Of a stretch of 49,511 nt of DNA, positions 7,405 to 15,733 are shown piece by piece. The stretch's first letter is position 1, and each line of letters begins with the position of its first letter. The notes beneath the pieces were generated by a model that was not told the DNA's origin, ran no database searches, and was given only the letters and a program-made list of their open reading frames with translations. A program made the translations under genes and the position numbers. Source of the stretch: Armatimonadota bacterium (GTDB taxonomy: Bacteria > Armatimonadota > Chthonomonadetes > Chthonomonadales > JAMCWF01); NCBI GenBank assembly GCA_023481295.1, contig JAMCWF010000021.1:1-49511 (forward strand), read 5' to 3'.

Positions 7405-9495
7405 CTAGTCCCTCATTGGCTCGGCTTCATGAATATCCGTTCGCGTTAGCGGTGGCCGCTGCTTCATATGCTCCGCATACTCCAGTGGATGTTCTTCCTG
7501 CATCTGATGGAGTGATATTTTTCCGGTAATCCAGACTTGGCTCATCGGGAAGACGGAAGGATTGAAATGCACCCAATAGAGATGCCACGTAATGATCGCG
7601 ATAAAGGCTAGTAGCGCTTCAAAGCCGTGCATGACCAGCGCCATTTGCCATGCCCATAACGGGAGCCAGTGCAGGGCGGTGCTCATGAACCAGAGAATGG
7701 CGCCGGTCATCACCATCACGATCGTCCCCCAAGTTAGGGAGAGATACTCGAATTTCTCCGCGTAGCCGAACCGGCCGAATCGAGGGCGATCGGGGACCAA
7801 GCCAAAGTAGTATCGAAACTGATGGATGAAATCGTAAAGATCCTTACGATTTGGCATCAACATCATAACATCTCTCCGGGCTGACTTTGAAACGGCAAGG
7901 TAGATGAGATGGTAGATCGCGGCCGTAACCAGTAAGACCGCTCCGGCCCGGTGAAGCCATGCACGAAGCTCGAAACCGCCCGGAAATGAGAGCAGAAAGC
8001 GTGCCCAGTCCGTTTGTGAGTACTGCAGCAAGAATCCGCTCGCCATCAGGGTGCCCACGCTGATCAACAGGATGACGTGCTGAATTCTAACCTGCAATGG
8101 CATTCGCTCAACGTAAGTATTGGCCGGTGAGCTTTCATCGTCGTCCGCTCCCGATCGTGCCGCAGCGTGGTCCGTATCGATGGAATGTCCCGCCGGCGCG
8201 GAGGCGCCCATCCTTTTGCGCTTGGATTCGCGACGACGAGCCCAGAGATCCAGCCCAATCAACCCGAAGAAAAGGAGCGTCATAGACCAGATCACGACTC
8301 GGTAAAAGAGGGTCATCAGGTAAACGCCCAGGTTGCTCGCCGGAGTAACCTCCATATGTACCTCGCCCCGGGCGAAGTTAGCGCCGGCGTGTTTATGACA
8401 GCGGCCGCAGGTAGTCGGTATGTTCTTCGGATTGATGGATGAGCGGGGATCCGAGGCGGGCAGAATTTCGTGAGCGCGGTGACAGGTTGCGCAATTGGCA
8501 ACCGTCACGATCCCGTAGGTCAAAGCCGTCCCATGGTAGGAGCTTCGGAAGGTCGAAAGCCGATCGGTCGGCAGCCCGAAGCGCAGGTCAATCGCTTTGT
8601 TGGCGTGGCAGCGACCGCAGGTGTTGGGGATATTGGTCGGATATACGGAGGAAGTGCGGTCGGTGGGCGCCCGGATGGTATGCTCCCCATGACAGTCGGT
8701 GCACACCGGAGCGGCCTTCACTCCCTTTAAGAACGCCTGACCATGCACCCCGGCCAAGTAGTGCGTGAGCTTATCCGGGTGGCAGCGGCCGCAGGTTCGC
8801 GGTATATTATTTCGGGCAACCGATGAGCTGGACACGCCGGCCGGTTGAATATCGTGGGCACGGTGACAATCGGTGCATACGGCGGCGCGGTTCATTCCCT
8901 GTCCCAACAGCAACTGGCCATGCACGCTTTTTTCATACTCTAGTAAAACATGTCCCTTCGGAATGCGAAATCGGTCAACCAGTCGCGGGTTGTTGTGGCA
9001 GTGAGCGCAGGTAAAGGGAATGTTTTGCCGGTTAACCTTCGAACGTGGGTCCGAAGCCGGCAAAATTTCATGCCGGCCATGGCAGGTAGCGCAGGTAGGA
9101 GCCAAGGTGGTGTGCTCCGCAACCGCAATCTGATGGTGGATGCTCAATTTAAAGCGATGAGCGATGTCGGCAAACCGAGCGGCGAGTCCGCTGTTTTTAA
9201 GGTGACAATTAACACAATTCACCGGTTGGGCGGTGGCAGGGTGAGGCAGGCGATTGGCGCTGAAATCACGGTGGCAATCGGTGCACTTTAAATTGCGATG
9301 AACCGATTGGCGGTAGCGTGCCGGATCTATGTAACCGCTTACGATCGTTCGCGAATGACAGCTCAAGCAGACGCGGTTGGTAGAGGGGCTGGTTTCACCT
9401 CTTGCCGGCAATTCCGACAGCATCACCATTAAAAGAATTGGTGCATGCACCCACCACGCTAACCGCGTACGGTGCGTGGTTATCATCGTTTTCAC
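7405..9495 (-). CDS. CbcL-like membrane cytochrome: periplasmic 11-CXXCH multiheme domain fused to a FdnI/HydC-type b cytochrome
   Basis: 696 aa with a signal peptide and 11 CXXCH, including four repeats of CxxCHxxHxI...NIPxTCxxCH. A TM helix and a charged linker follow, then a 4-helix domain with conserved His (RIQHVI, WLHRAG, IYHLIY, VMHGFE, TWHLYWVH). Confidence 0.8.
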   Translation of the reverse strand: MKTMITTHRTRLAWWVHAPILLMVMLSELPARGETSPSTNRVCLSCHSRTIVSGYIDPARYRQSVHRNLKCTDCHRDFSANRLPHPATAQPVNCVNCHLKNSGLAARFADIAHRFKLSIHHQIAVAEHTTLAPTCATCHGRHEILPASDPRSKVNRQNIPFTCAHCHNNPRLVDRFRIPKGHVLLEYEKSVHGQLLLGQGMNRAAVCTDCHRAHDIQPAGVSSSSVARNNIPRTCGRCHPDKLTHYLAGVHGQAFLKGVKAAPVCTDCHGEHTIRAPTDRTSSVYPTNIPNTCGRCHANKAIDLRFGLPTDRLSTFRSSYHGTALTYGIVTVANCATCHRAHEILPASDPRSSINPKNIPTTCGRCHKHAGANFARGEVHMEVTPASNLGVYLMTLFYRVVIWSMTLLFFGLIGLDLWARRRESKRKRMGASAPAGHSIDTDHAAARSGADDDESSPANTYVERMPLQVRIQHVILLISVGTLMASGFLLQYSQTDWARFLLSFPGGFELRAWLHRAGAVLLVTAAIYHLIYLAVSKSARRDVMMLMPNRKDLYDFIHQFRYYFGLVPDRPRFGRFGYAEKFEYLSLTWGTIVMVMTGAILWFMSTALHWLPLWAWQMALVMHGFEALLAFIAIITWHLYWVHFNPSVFPMSQVWITGKISLHQMQEEHPLEYAEHMKQRPPLTRTDIHEAEPMRD

Positions 9496-9677
9496 TCACT
9501 CAATCTCTTCAATAACCGGCTTGCAAATCCGATGGGGCGGCTGGTAAACGATCATCCCACCTGGGTTCGGCCTTCAACCGCCCCACCATCCACCGGCTCT
9601 CGGTATTTATTTAGGTCAGCACCCATCGTTTTGGCTGCCGACTGATTTCAAGCCGCTGTCATCTCACGGTCGATCAG

Positions 9678-10673
9678 TTAAGTTGTCGGCTTAGTAAACA
9701 GATGGCGGCCTTGCGGCATATGGCAATCGGAGCACTTTGCATCGGCGGCGCCCTTGTGTTGTTGAATATGGGCGGCCGGGTCGGTAATTTGCGCTTTGTG
9801 GCAGGTCAAGCACAACTGGTTGGTCGGCTGCCGGAGCTGATCGGGTTGATTGGTATTTCCGTGCGGATCGTGGCAGGTAATACAGGTAATGCCCGCCGCG
9901 TAGTGCTTACTCTGGATGTAATCGTTGTACTGCTGGTTGCGCCCGGGGCCGGTTACCTGAGCCAGGGTGAAGGCGGCGGTCAAATCATCTCCCGGCCGGA
10001 ATGAGGCTGGAAACGGATGACCGTCTTTGTCCTTCCCCACCGAATGGCACTGGCCGCAGATCATATCCTGCCGCTGCGGAGGCAGATCCTTCGGCATCAG
10101 GATGGTTTGCTTAGCGATGTCCAGCTTTTGCGCGTCGGGGGCGGAAACCATCTTAGCCAGGTGATTGCTGCCGGGACCGTGACACATCTCGCAGCCGACC
10201 CCCATGTCCACCCAAGTGTCGTTTGACACATCAAATCCGGTCGTATGGCAACGCACGCACTGAGTCTTTGCATCCACTGGCTCCACCTTTATCCAAGACT
10301 TCGTTGCCACGTCCCACTCGGCCGGCAAAAGCTGGAAATTTGAATCCAGATAGGCTTGCTGCCGATGTCCCACGCCGAGAACGTAAGCCACTTTGTCTTT
10401 GGTAAATGGGGCGGAGCTGAAATCGGCCACGATTGCGCTGGCATTGGATGCCGTCTGCATGGCGGAGTAGTGAGCGGTTTGAACGTAGGAGGCGACGATG
10501 GTTTTTGAAATATCCATGGTGCGGTGGCACATCATACAAATCTTAGTGCCCTTGTAGGTGGCGGCCGTTTGCGTGCTGGAGGCGGCGATGCTAGCGCCCA
10601 GGGCAATCAGCGCCCCCATAATGATGGGGTACTTCACCCCGTTACCGAACTGTTTGATTGTGTTCAATTTCAC
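9678..10673 (-). CDS. secreted heptaheme c-type cytochrome (c554-like CxxCHGPGSxH motif)
   Basis: Seven CXXCH (CMMCH, CVRCH, CEMCH, CGQCH, CITCH, CLTCH, CSDCH). I prefer the GTG at 10673, which follows GGAGGA and yields a signal peptide (VKLNTIKQFGNGVKYPIIMGALIALGASIAA). The ORF-track start at 10745 is the alternative. Confidence 0.75.
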   Translation of the reverse strand: MKLNTIKQFGNGVKYPIIMGALIALGASIAASSTQTAATYKGTKICMMCHRTMDISKTIVASYVQTAHYSAMQTASNASAIVADFSSAPFTKDKVAYVLGVGHRQQAYLDSNFQLLPAEWDVATKSWIKVEPVDAKTQCVRCHTTGFDVSNDTWVDMGVGCEMCHGPGSNHLAKMVSAPDAQKLDIAKQTILMPKDLPPQRQDMICGQCHSVGKDKDGHPFPASFRPGDDLTAAFTLAQVTGPGRNQQYNDYIQSKHYAAGITCITCHDPHGNTNQPDQLRQPTNQLCLTCHKAQITDPAAHIQQHKGAADAKCSDCHMPQGRHLFTKPTT

Positions 10674-10781
10674 AATTCCTCCACTAAATTGGATTGCATC
10701 AGTCGGTGGTGGTCTTAAAACACGGTAACGATCGGTTTGATGCACTTCAATCTTCGTTGATCTAGCATATCGCAGGAGCGC

Positions 10782-10817
10782 CCTTCGATTGTATGACGGT
10801 TGTCATACAATCGAAGG
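10782..10817. promoter_or_regulatory. perfect 16+16 bp palindrome with core TATGAC-N4-GTCATA; candidate Crp/Fnr-type operator
   Basis: The sequence is CCTTCGATTGTATGAC-GGTT-GTCATACAATCGAAGG. It overlaps the regulator stop codon (10803-10805). The minus-strand hexamer TATGCT at 10769-10764 starts 30.5 nt from the center. No U-tract follows on either strand. Confidence 0.5.
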
Positions 10818-11597
10818 AAGCGGGCAAAGCGGCTGATCTGAATCACAGCTTTCGTCAACGAATGATTTCAGCGCGTTAAGATGCATGATGACGATCTTAT
10901 TGCACCGGTGGCAGTATGAGTCAATGCCGCAAAGGCGGCAGCCTTTTGGGACCAGTTTCCCGTGGATGGTGCAGATGTACCCTGCCTTCGTCAGGCGGCT
11001 CAACACCCGAATGGTCGTTTCCACCGTGGTGCCGGCCATGTCGGCGATCTCGTGGCGGGTGAGTGGAGTGGTAATCAAGGCGCGGTCGTTGCTTTGAACG
11101 CCGGTTATTTTCGCCAAGTAGATCAACAGGTGTGCGATGCGCTTGTCCACCGCTTCGGTGACTAAAAATCGGAGCATTTCCTGGGTATAGCAGAGACGGC
11201 GTGACACCGCTGCAATGAGACGCTTGGCAAAGAGAGGAGATTGATCGATGGTCTTAACCACCTGGCTATGAGGAATGAAAAGTGCGGTCATCGGCGTGAT
11301 TGCGACCACCGAGGAGGTGTAAATCCGGTCCACCAAAAAGAGGCAAACTTCGCCGAAAATATCGCCTGGTTTCAGGATCGCGACCGTTATATCGCGTCCG
11401 AGCGCTGAGTGCTTGACCACCTTGGCGCGACCCCGAAGGATAACGCCGATTGCGAAGGCTTCGCTCCCTTCGCTGAAAACCTCTACACCCGGCTTGTATT
11501 TGCGCTCGGTAACTTGTGATTCAAGCTGCGCTATCTCCTCAATCGGCATATCGGCCAGGATCGGAACGCTCTGCAAAAAAGCCAACCGGTCCGACAT
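10803..11597 (-). CDS. Crp/Fnr-family transcriptional regulator with C-terminal CxxC-x5-CxxC insertion
   Basis: 264 aa with a cNMP-binding-like beta-roll and an HTH (TRHEIADMAGTTVETTIRVLSRL). The extra motif C220-RL-C223-GIDSY-C229-HR-C232 is encoded at 10902-10940. Confidence 0.85.
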   Translation of the reverse strand: MSDRLAFLQSVPILADMPIEEIAQLESQVTERKYKPGVEVFSEGSEAFAIGVILRGRAKVVKHSALGRDITVAILKPGDIFGEVCLFLVDRIYTSSVVAITPMTALFIPHSQVVKTIDQSPLFAKRLIAAVSRRLCYTQEMLRFLVTEAVDKRIAHLLIYLAKITGVQSNDRALITTPLTRHEIADMAGTTVETTIRVLSRLTKAGYICTIHGKLVPKGCRLCGIDSYCHRCNKIVIMHLNALKSFVDESCDSDQPLCPLPSIV

Positions 11598-11738
11598 ACT
11601 ATCACCTTCTTCACACTATTCATCAGTTGATTCATTGCGAGAATGCCGGTTTTCACATTAATCCACGTTGTCCGTTAGCCGTTATGGTCAGAAATCCAGC
11701 CGCTGCGCTTATTGCGGGAGGGATTTCATTTTTTCAAT

Positions 11739-11754
11739 TGTGAATTATAACACA
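11739..11754. promoter_or_regulatory. CRP-like near-palindrome TGTGA-N6-ACACA; its spacer carries a minus-strand TATAAT
   Basis: TGTGAATTATAACACA matches TGTGA-N6-TCACA at 9 of 10 positions. The reverse complement of 11744-11749 is TATAAT, a possible -10 for the regulator gene. Confidence 0.35.
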
Positions 11755-11759
11755 GATCG

Positions 11760-11771
11760 TGATTTAAATCA
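11760..11771. promoter_or_regulatory. FNR-like box TGAT-N4-ATCA (perfect 12-bp palindrome TGATTTAAATCA)
   Basis: Read directly from the sequence. It lies in the AT-rich spacer upstream of the Crp/Fnr gene. Confidence 0.35.
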
Positions 11772-11801
11772 TATCATTTGCCATCTTCAACTTAAACTAT
11801 A

Positions 11802-11813
11802 TGATTTATATCA
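11802..11813. promoter_or_regulatory. FNR-like box TGAT-N4-ATCA (TGATTTATATCA)
   Basis: Second copy, centered 42 bp from the first (four helical turns). Confidence 0.35.
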
Positions 11814-11913
11814 TACTTTACCGACCAATGCAAGTGGATGACCTCTTTCAAATCACCGAAAAGGCGAAAAACGCTCAATTCATTGGATTTGCGATACTGG
11901 CACTCCATGAGGT

Positions 11914-12110
11914 GGTTGTTGAAAAATACGGTAACCACCTTCGGGCCGTCATTGCGGGGCCGCAAACATGTCCCCGCGTAGGCGGGGAGCGGCACCCGGA
12001 AGTCGGCGCATCAGCATCCCGGCCTGCCGGTAGGGAGGGGACTGGATTCCCGCTTTAGCGGGAATGACGAGGGGGGACGGGAATGACGAAGTGGCATGCT
12101 CCAGCAACTT
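11914..12110 (+). repeat. MITE-like modular palindromic repeat, copy C
   Basis: Starts with GGTTGTTGAAAAATACGGTAAC. The left hairpin module carries a nested extra hairpin (GTCCCCGC-GTAG-GCGGGGA). The right module is CTGGATTCCCGCTTTAGCGGGAATGACG (12042-12069), followed by a partial duplicate CGGGAATGACG. Confidence 0.7.
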
Positions 12111-12220
12111 TCGCTATTTCCATTCCATAGAGGAAAACCCGGCCTTCATCGCTGAATATCACAGCAAAAGTTTGAGGTATCAGCCTCTGCAATACGATCT
12201 CGAATTGGAGGTGCGGTAAG

Positions 12221-12808
12221 ATGGCAGCCATCATTTTAGCAGGAGGAGTGAGCAGCCGGATGGGGCAGGACAAGGCGATGCTGATGTTTGATGGCCAGAC
12301 CCTGCTGGAGCGAGCGGTGAGAATTGCGGCCGATGTCAGCCGGCCGGTATGGATAGTGGCCAATCGAGCCGGTCATTACCATGTGCATGGAGCGACCGTC
12401 ATCGGCGATGGGTACCCTGGCGAAGGGCCGTTGGGCGGGCTGATCACCGGCTTGAAGGCGGCCGGCCCTGGAGTTCACATCGCAATGGCCTGCGACACGC
12501 CGCTGATGGAGCCGAAGGTATTTTCGCTGCTCTTGTCGAAAATAGGTGAGCACGATGCCGCCCTCTTTAAGCTGGGGGATGGATTGCAGCCGCTTGGAGC
12601 GGCGTATCGCGACAAAGCCCTGCCGTCACTGATCGCCTCCTTCGAGGCTGGAAATAGGGCGCTCCATATCGCCGTCAAATCACTGGATGCGGTGATTTTA
12701 GGCGACGATGAGCTGCTTCTGGTGGATCCGGCCGTGCTGAACTTCACCAATATCAACGATCTCGATGATTACGCCGATCTTTTAGGCGAGCCGAATGAAG
12801 AGCTGTAG
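12221..12808 (+). CDS. mobA: molybdenum cofactor guanylyltransferase
   Basis: N-terminal ILAGGVSSRMGQDKAML signature, 195 aa, GGAGG SD upstream. Confidence 0.8.
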   Translation: MAAIILAGGVSSRMGQDKAMLMFDGQTLLERAVRIAADVSRPVWIVANRAGHYHVHGATVIGDGYPGEGPLGGLITGLKAAGPGVHIAMACDTPLMEPKVFSLLLSKIGEHDAALFKLGDGLQPLGAAYRDKALPSLIASFEAGNRALHIAVKSLDAVILGDDELLLVDPAVLNFTNINDLDDYADLLGEPNEEL

Positions 12809-12841
12809 GTCTAATAATTTCCGTATGGGGGTTGCCGGACG

Positions 12842-15445
12842 ATGGGTAGAAAGGACATTATGATGGGAATCGTGTCAATCGCGATGATGGTTGCACTGCT
12901 GGCTTTGGCGGCGGCTGCGGAAGCGGATACCGATTCGATGTTTCCCTTCGTCATTCCTTGGAGCGATGCCAGCAAAACGGTTACCAACGTTTCGTTCCTA
13001 AATGACGGGCCGGCCGGCTCGCACGGCTATATCGTGGTGAAGAACGGCCACTTCGTTGAAAGCGATACCGGCAAGCGGATTCGGTTTTTGGGTGTAAACC
13101 TGGTTGCCGGCAGTGCATTTCCCAATCACGCCGATGCCCGAATCGTGGCGAGAAGGCTGGCAAAGTACGGTGTGAACCTGGTTCGGCTGCACCATATGGA
13201 TAACTGCTGGAACAACCCAAAGGGCACCATTTGGAATCTCAACTACTCGGATCATCGCCATATCAATCCCCAGCAGCTCGATCGCCTCGACTACCTGATC
13301 TATCAACTGAAGCGCCACGGCATCTATGTGAATATCAACCTGCACGTTTCGCGGCAATTCTCACCGGCAGACGGATTTCCGGCCAGCGTCAACGACATCC
13401 CCTTTTCATTCGATAAGCGGGTGGATTACTTTGATCCCAGAATGATCGAGTTGCAAAAGGAGTACGCCCACCAGCTTTTGACTCATGTCAATCCCTACAC
13501 CCATACCGCCTATACCGATGAGCCGGCGGTGCTCAACGTGGAGCTGACCAACGAGGATTCGCTGGTCGGCGATCCATGGTCCTCGTTGGGGCATGGACTG
13601 AAGGAACTCCCGCAGCCGTTTTTGGGCGAGTTGCAGCAGCTCTGGAATCGGTGGTTGGCACATCGATATGGCACCACCGCTAAATTACAAACAGCCTGGT
13701 TGAAAAATGTCGCCCCGCCCGGTCCTGATCTATTGAAAAGCGTCACCGATCTACCAAGCTGGGCGCTCGAACAGCACCGCAACACTAAAGCTAACCTCAG
13801 CAATGAGGGCGATGCGCTCAGGGTCGATGTCGTTCAAACGGACAGCACCGACTGGCACCTTCAGCTTCACCAAGCCGAGTTGAACATACAAGACGGCTAC
13901 ACCTACACGGTTCGCTTCCGGGCGCGCGCAAACCCCGCCCGCGAGATGCCGGTCTATACTTCACTCGATGAACCGGACTGGCATCACATCGGGCTGGAGG
14001 TAACCGCCCACCTGACGCCTGAATGGAAGCAGTACACCTATTTCTTTACCGCCCGCCATACCGTGCCCGATCATTCGCGACTCGTCTTCGTGCTGGGCAA
14101 TCAGACCGGTGAGGTGGAATTGGCTCAAGTCAGGCTGAGCGCCGGCGTGGAGGGCGGTGATCTGCAGCCCGGCCAGTCCTGGACGAATGGTACCATCCCG
14201 ATCCCGGACGGCGGGTTGCCGAAGCAGTGGGCCGATTGGATCGCTTTCCTTACTCATATCGAGCGGGCATATAACCATCAGATGCGCGATTACTTGAAAA
14301 ACGATCTCCACCTGCATGCCAGCATCATCTGCAGCCAAATTTCCTATGGTGGGCTGTCCGGGCCTTATCGCGAAGATGCAAGTGAGTTCGCCGACGACCA
14401 TGCCTATTGGGAGCATCCCAGCTTTCCGCACCGACCATGGGATCCGGTGGACTGGTTCATCGGTAATACCTCCATGGTTCCAGCCATTGGCCATAGCGAT
14501 ACCCTCACCGCAATGGCGGAGTATCGGATCGCCGGCAAGCCCTTTACCGTAAGCGAGTACAACCATCCTGCCCCCAACGACTATCAGTCGGAGTGCGTCC
14601 CGCTCTATGCCTCCTTTGCCGCCTTTCAAGATTGGGATGCCATCTATCTGTTTGACTACGGGAGCTATGGCGCCAATGCCGCCAACGACCAGATACAGAG
14701 CTATTTTGGAGTGGGATCCAATCCGGCAAAATGGGCCTTTATGCCGGCCGCCGCCATGATTTTTCGTGATGACGAGATCACACCGGCGGGCGAGTCGGTT
14801 ACGGTCTCCATTCCAGCCGAGAGCTATGAAGCGGAGCTGGCACAGTTTCCGACCGCCTACGATCTCTGGGACCACTATGGGATAAGCCGTAAAACGACCC
14901 TGTCGCGAAGAATGGGCATCCAGATGGCCAGCGACACCGGGATTCGAAAATCCGGCAAGTCTGGAAATTCGATGCTTGAATGCGTGAACAGCGACCCGGC
15001 CACCGCATTCTACACGGCCGACGCACCGGCGGCGAAGGTGGTGGTGGGCTTTATCGGCGGTCGAACGGTAACGGTGGGGAGGGTGCGATTTGAATTCGGC
15101 GACACTCCGCACCACTTTGCCGCCCTGATCTTGAACTCAATGGACCGAAAACCGCTATCCGAAAGCAGCCGAATTTTACTGACGGCGGCCGATCGGGTGG
15201 AAAACACCGGTATGGTCTGGAACGCAGCTCATAATAGCGTCAATAACAACTGGGGAACCGCGCCCTCCCTCGCCGATGGCGTGCCGGTGGCGATCACCAT
15301 GCCGGTGAGCGGTCTACGAAAGGTCTACGCATTGACGGATACCGGGGCGTTAGGCCAGGAAGTTCCAAGCACCTATCAGAACGGCGACATCACGTTTACG
15401 GCCGGCCAGAGCTACCGGACGCTGTGGTATGCGATCGTGAAGTAG
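12842..15445 (+). CDS. secreted GH5-like (TIM-barrel) glycoside hydrolase with an inserted CBM-like beta-sandwich
   Basis: 867 aa with a signal peptide. Putative acid/base in VELTNEDS and nucleophile in FTVSEYNHP. The central segment (ALRVDVVQTDSTDWHLQL...VELAQVRLS) resembles CBM4/9-type modules. Substrate is unknown. Confidence 0.6.
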   Translation: MGRKDIMMGIVSIAMMVALLALAAAAEADTDSMFPFVIPWSDASKTVTNVSFLNDGPAGSHGYIVVKNGHFVESDTGKRIRFLGVNLVAGSAFPNHADARIVARRLAKYGVNLVRLHHMDNCWNNPKGTIWNLNYSDHRHINPQQLDRLDYLIYQLKRHGIYVNINLHVSRQFSPADGFPASVNDIPFSFDKRVDYFDPRMIELQKEYAHQLLTHVNPYTHTAYTDEPAVLNVELTNEDSLVGDPWSSLGHGLKELPQPFLGELQQLWNRWLAHRYGTTAKLQTAWLKNVAPPGPDLLKSVTDLPSWALEQHRNTKANLSNEGDALRVDVVQTDSTDWHLQLHQAELNIQDGYTYTVRFRARANPAREMPVYTSLDEPDWHHIGLEVTAHLTPEWKQYTYFFTARHTVPDHSRLVFVLGNQTGEVELAQVRLSAGVEGGDLQPGQSWTNGTIPIPDGGLPKQWADWIAFLTHIERAYNHQMRDYLKNDLHLHASIICSQISYGGLSGPYREDASEFADDHAYWEHPSFPHRPWDPVDWFIGNTSMVPAIGHSDTLTAMAEYRIAGKPFTVSEYNHPAPNDYQSECVPLYASFAAFQDWDAIYLFDYGSYGANAANDQIQSYFGVGSNPAKWAFMPAAAMIFRDDEITPAGESVTVSIPAESYEAELAQFPTAYDLWDHYGISRKTTLSRRMGIQMASDTGIRKSGKSGNSMLECVNSDPATAFYTADAPAAKVVVGFIGGRTVTVGRVRFEFGDTPHHFAALILNSMDRKPLSESSRILLTAADRVENTGMVWNAAHNSVNNNWGTAPSLADGVPVAITMPVSGLRKVYALTDTGALGQEVPSTYQNGDITFTAGQSYRTLWYAIVK

Positions 15446-15498
15446 GCTCGACCCTCGAGAGAACCATCACCGATTAAGAATAGTCTGAGTTATCGGCA

Positions 15499-15605
15499 GA
15501 GTATTTGAAAAATCCTCCCCGATGTAGGGGCACGTTGCAACGTCCCCCGAATCTGGATTTCCACTTCGCTGGGAATGACGATTAGCATCCTTCGCTGATA
15601 CTATT
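15499..15605 (+). repeat. MITE-like modular repeat, copy G (short, degenerate)
   Basis: GTATTTGAAAAATC terminus, hairpin GGGGCACGTTGCAACGTCCCC, and a degenerate right module CTGGATTTCCACTTCGCTGGGAATGACG (15553-15580). Confidence 0.55.
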
Positions 15606-15733
15606 AACCCGACAATAGCATGGCGTATCGGCGTGGCTTGCCGGCGGAGTAACCGGGCGGTTAATATTTAATGCAGCCTGAGCAAACTGCGACATCGTTT
15701 GGATTATCCGTTGTGACCCAAAACGTTCTTTAC

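Noticed and set aside
12090-12220. Possible Moco riboswitch upstream of mobA
   Set aside because: I could not find the conserved Moco-motif elements. Only a short GAGG/CCTC hairpin is present, and much of the spacer is a repeat element.
12055-12363. 102-aa minus-strand ORF overlapping the mobA start
   Set aside because: It begins inside mobA on the opposite strand and runs into a repeat element. It has no motifs and no SD.
13961-15115. 384-aa minus-strand ORF, together with many other 60-170-aa ORFs antisense to or out of frame with large genes (e.g. 753-1118, 968-1405, 4329-4847, 5842-6327, 20603-21040, 40743-41390)
   Set aside because: They lie entirely inside longer ORFs that have clear family signatures. 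They are Arg/Gly/Pro/Ala-rich, as expected from antisense reading of GC-rich coding DNA, and they have no SD or domain motifs.
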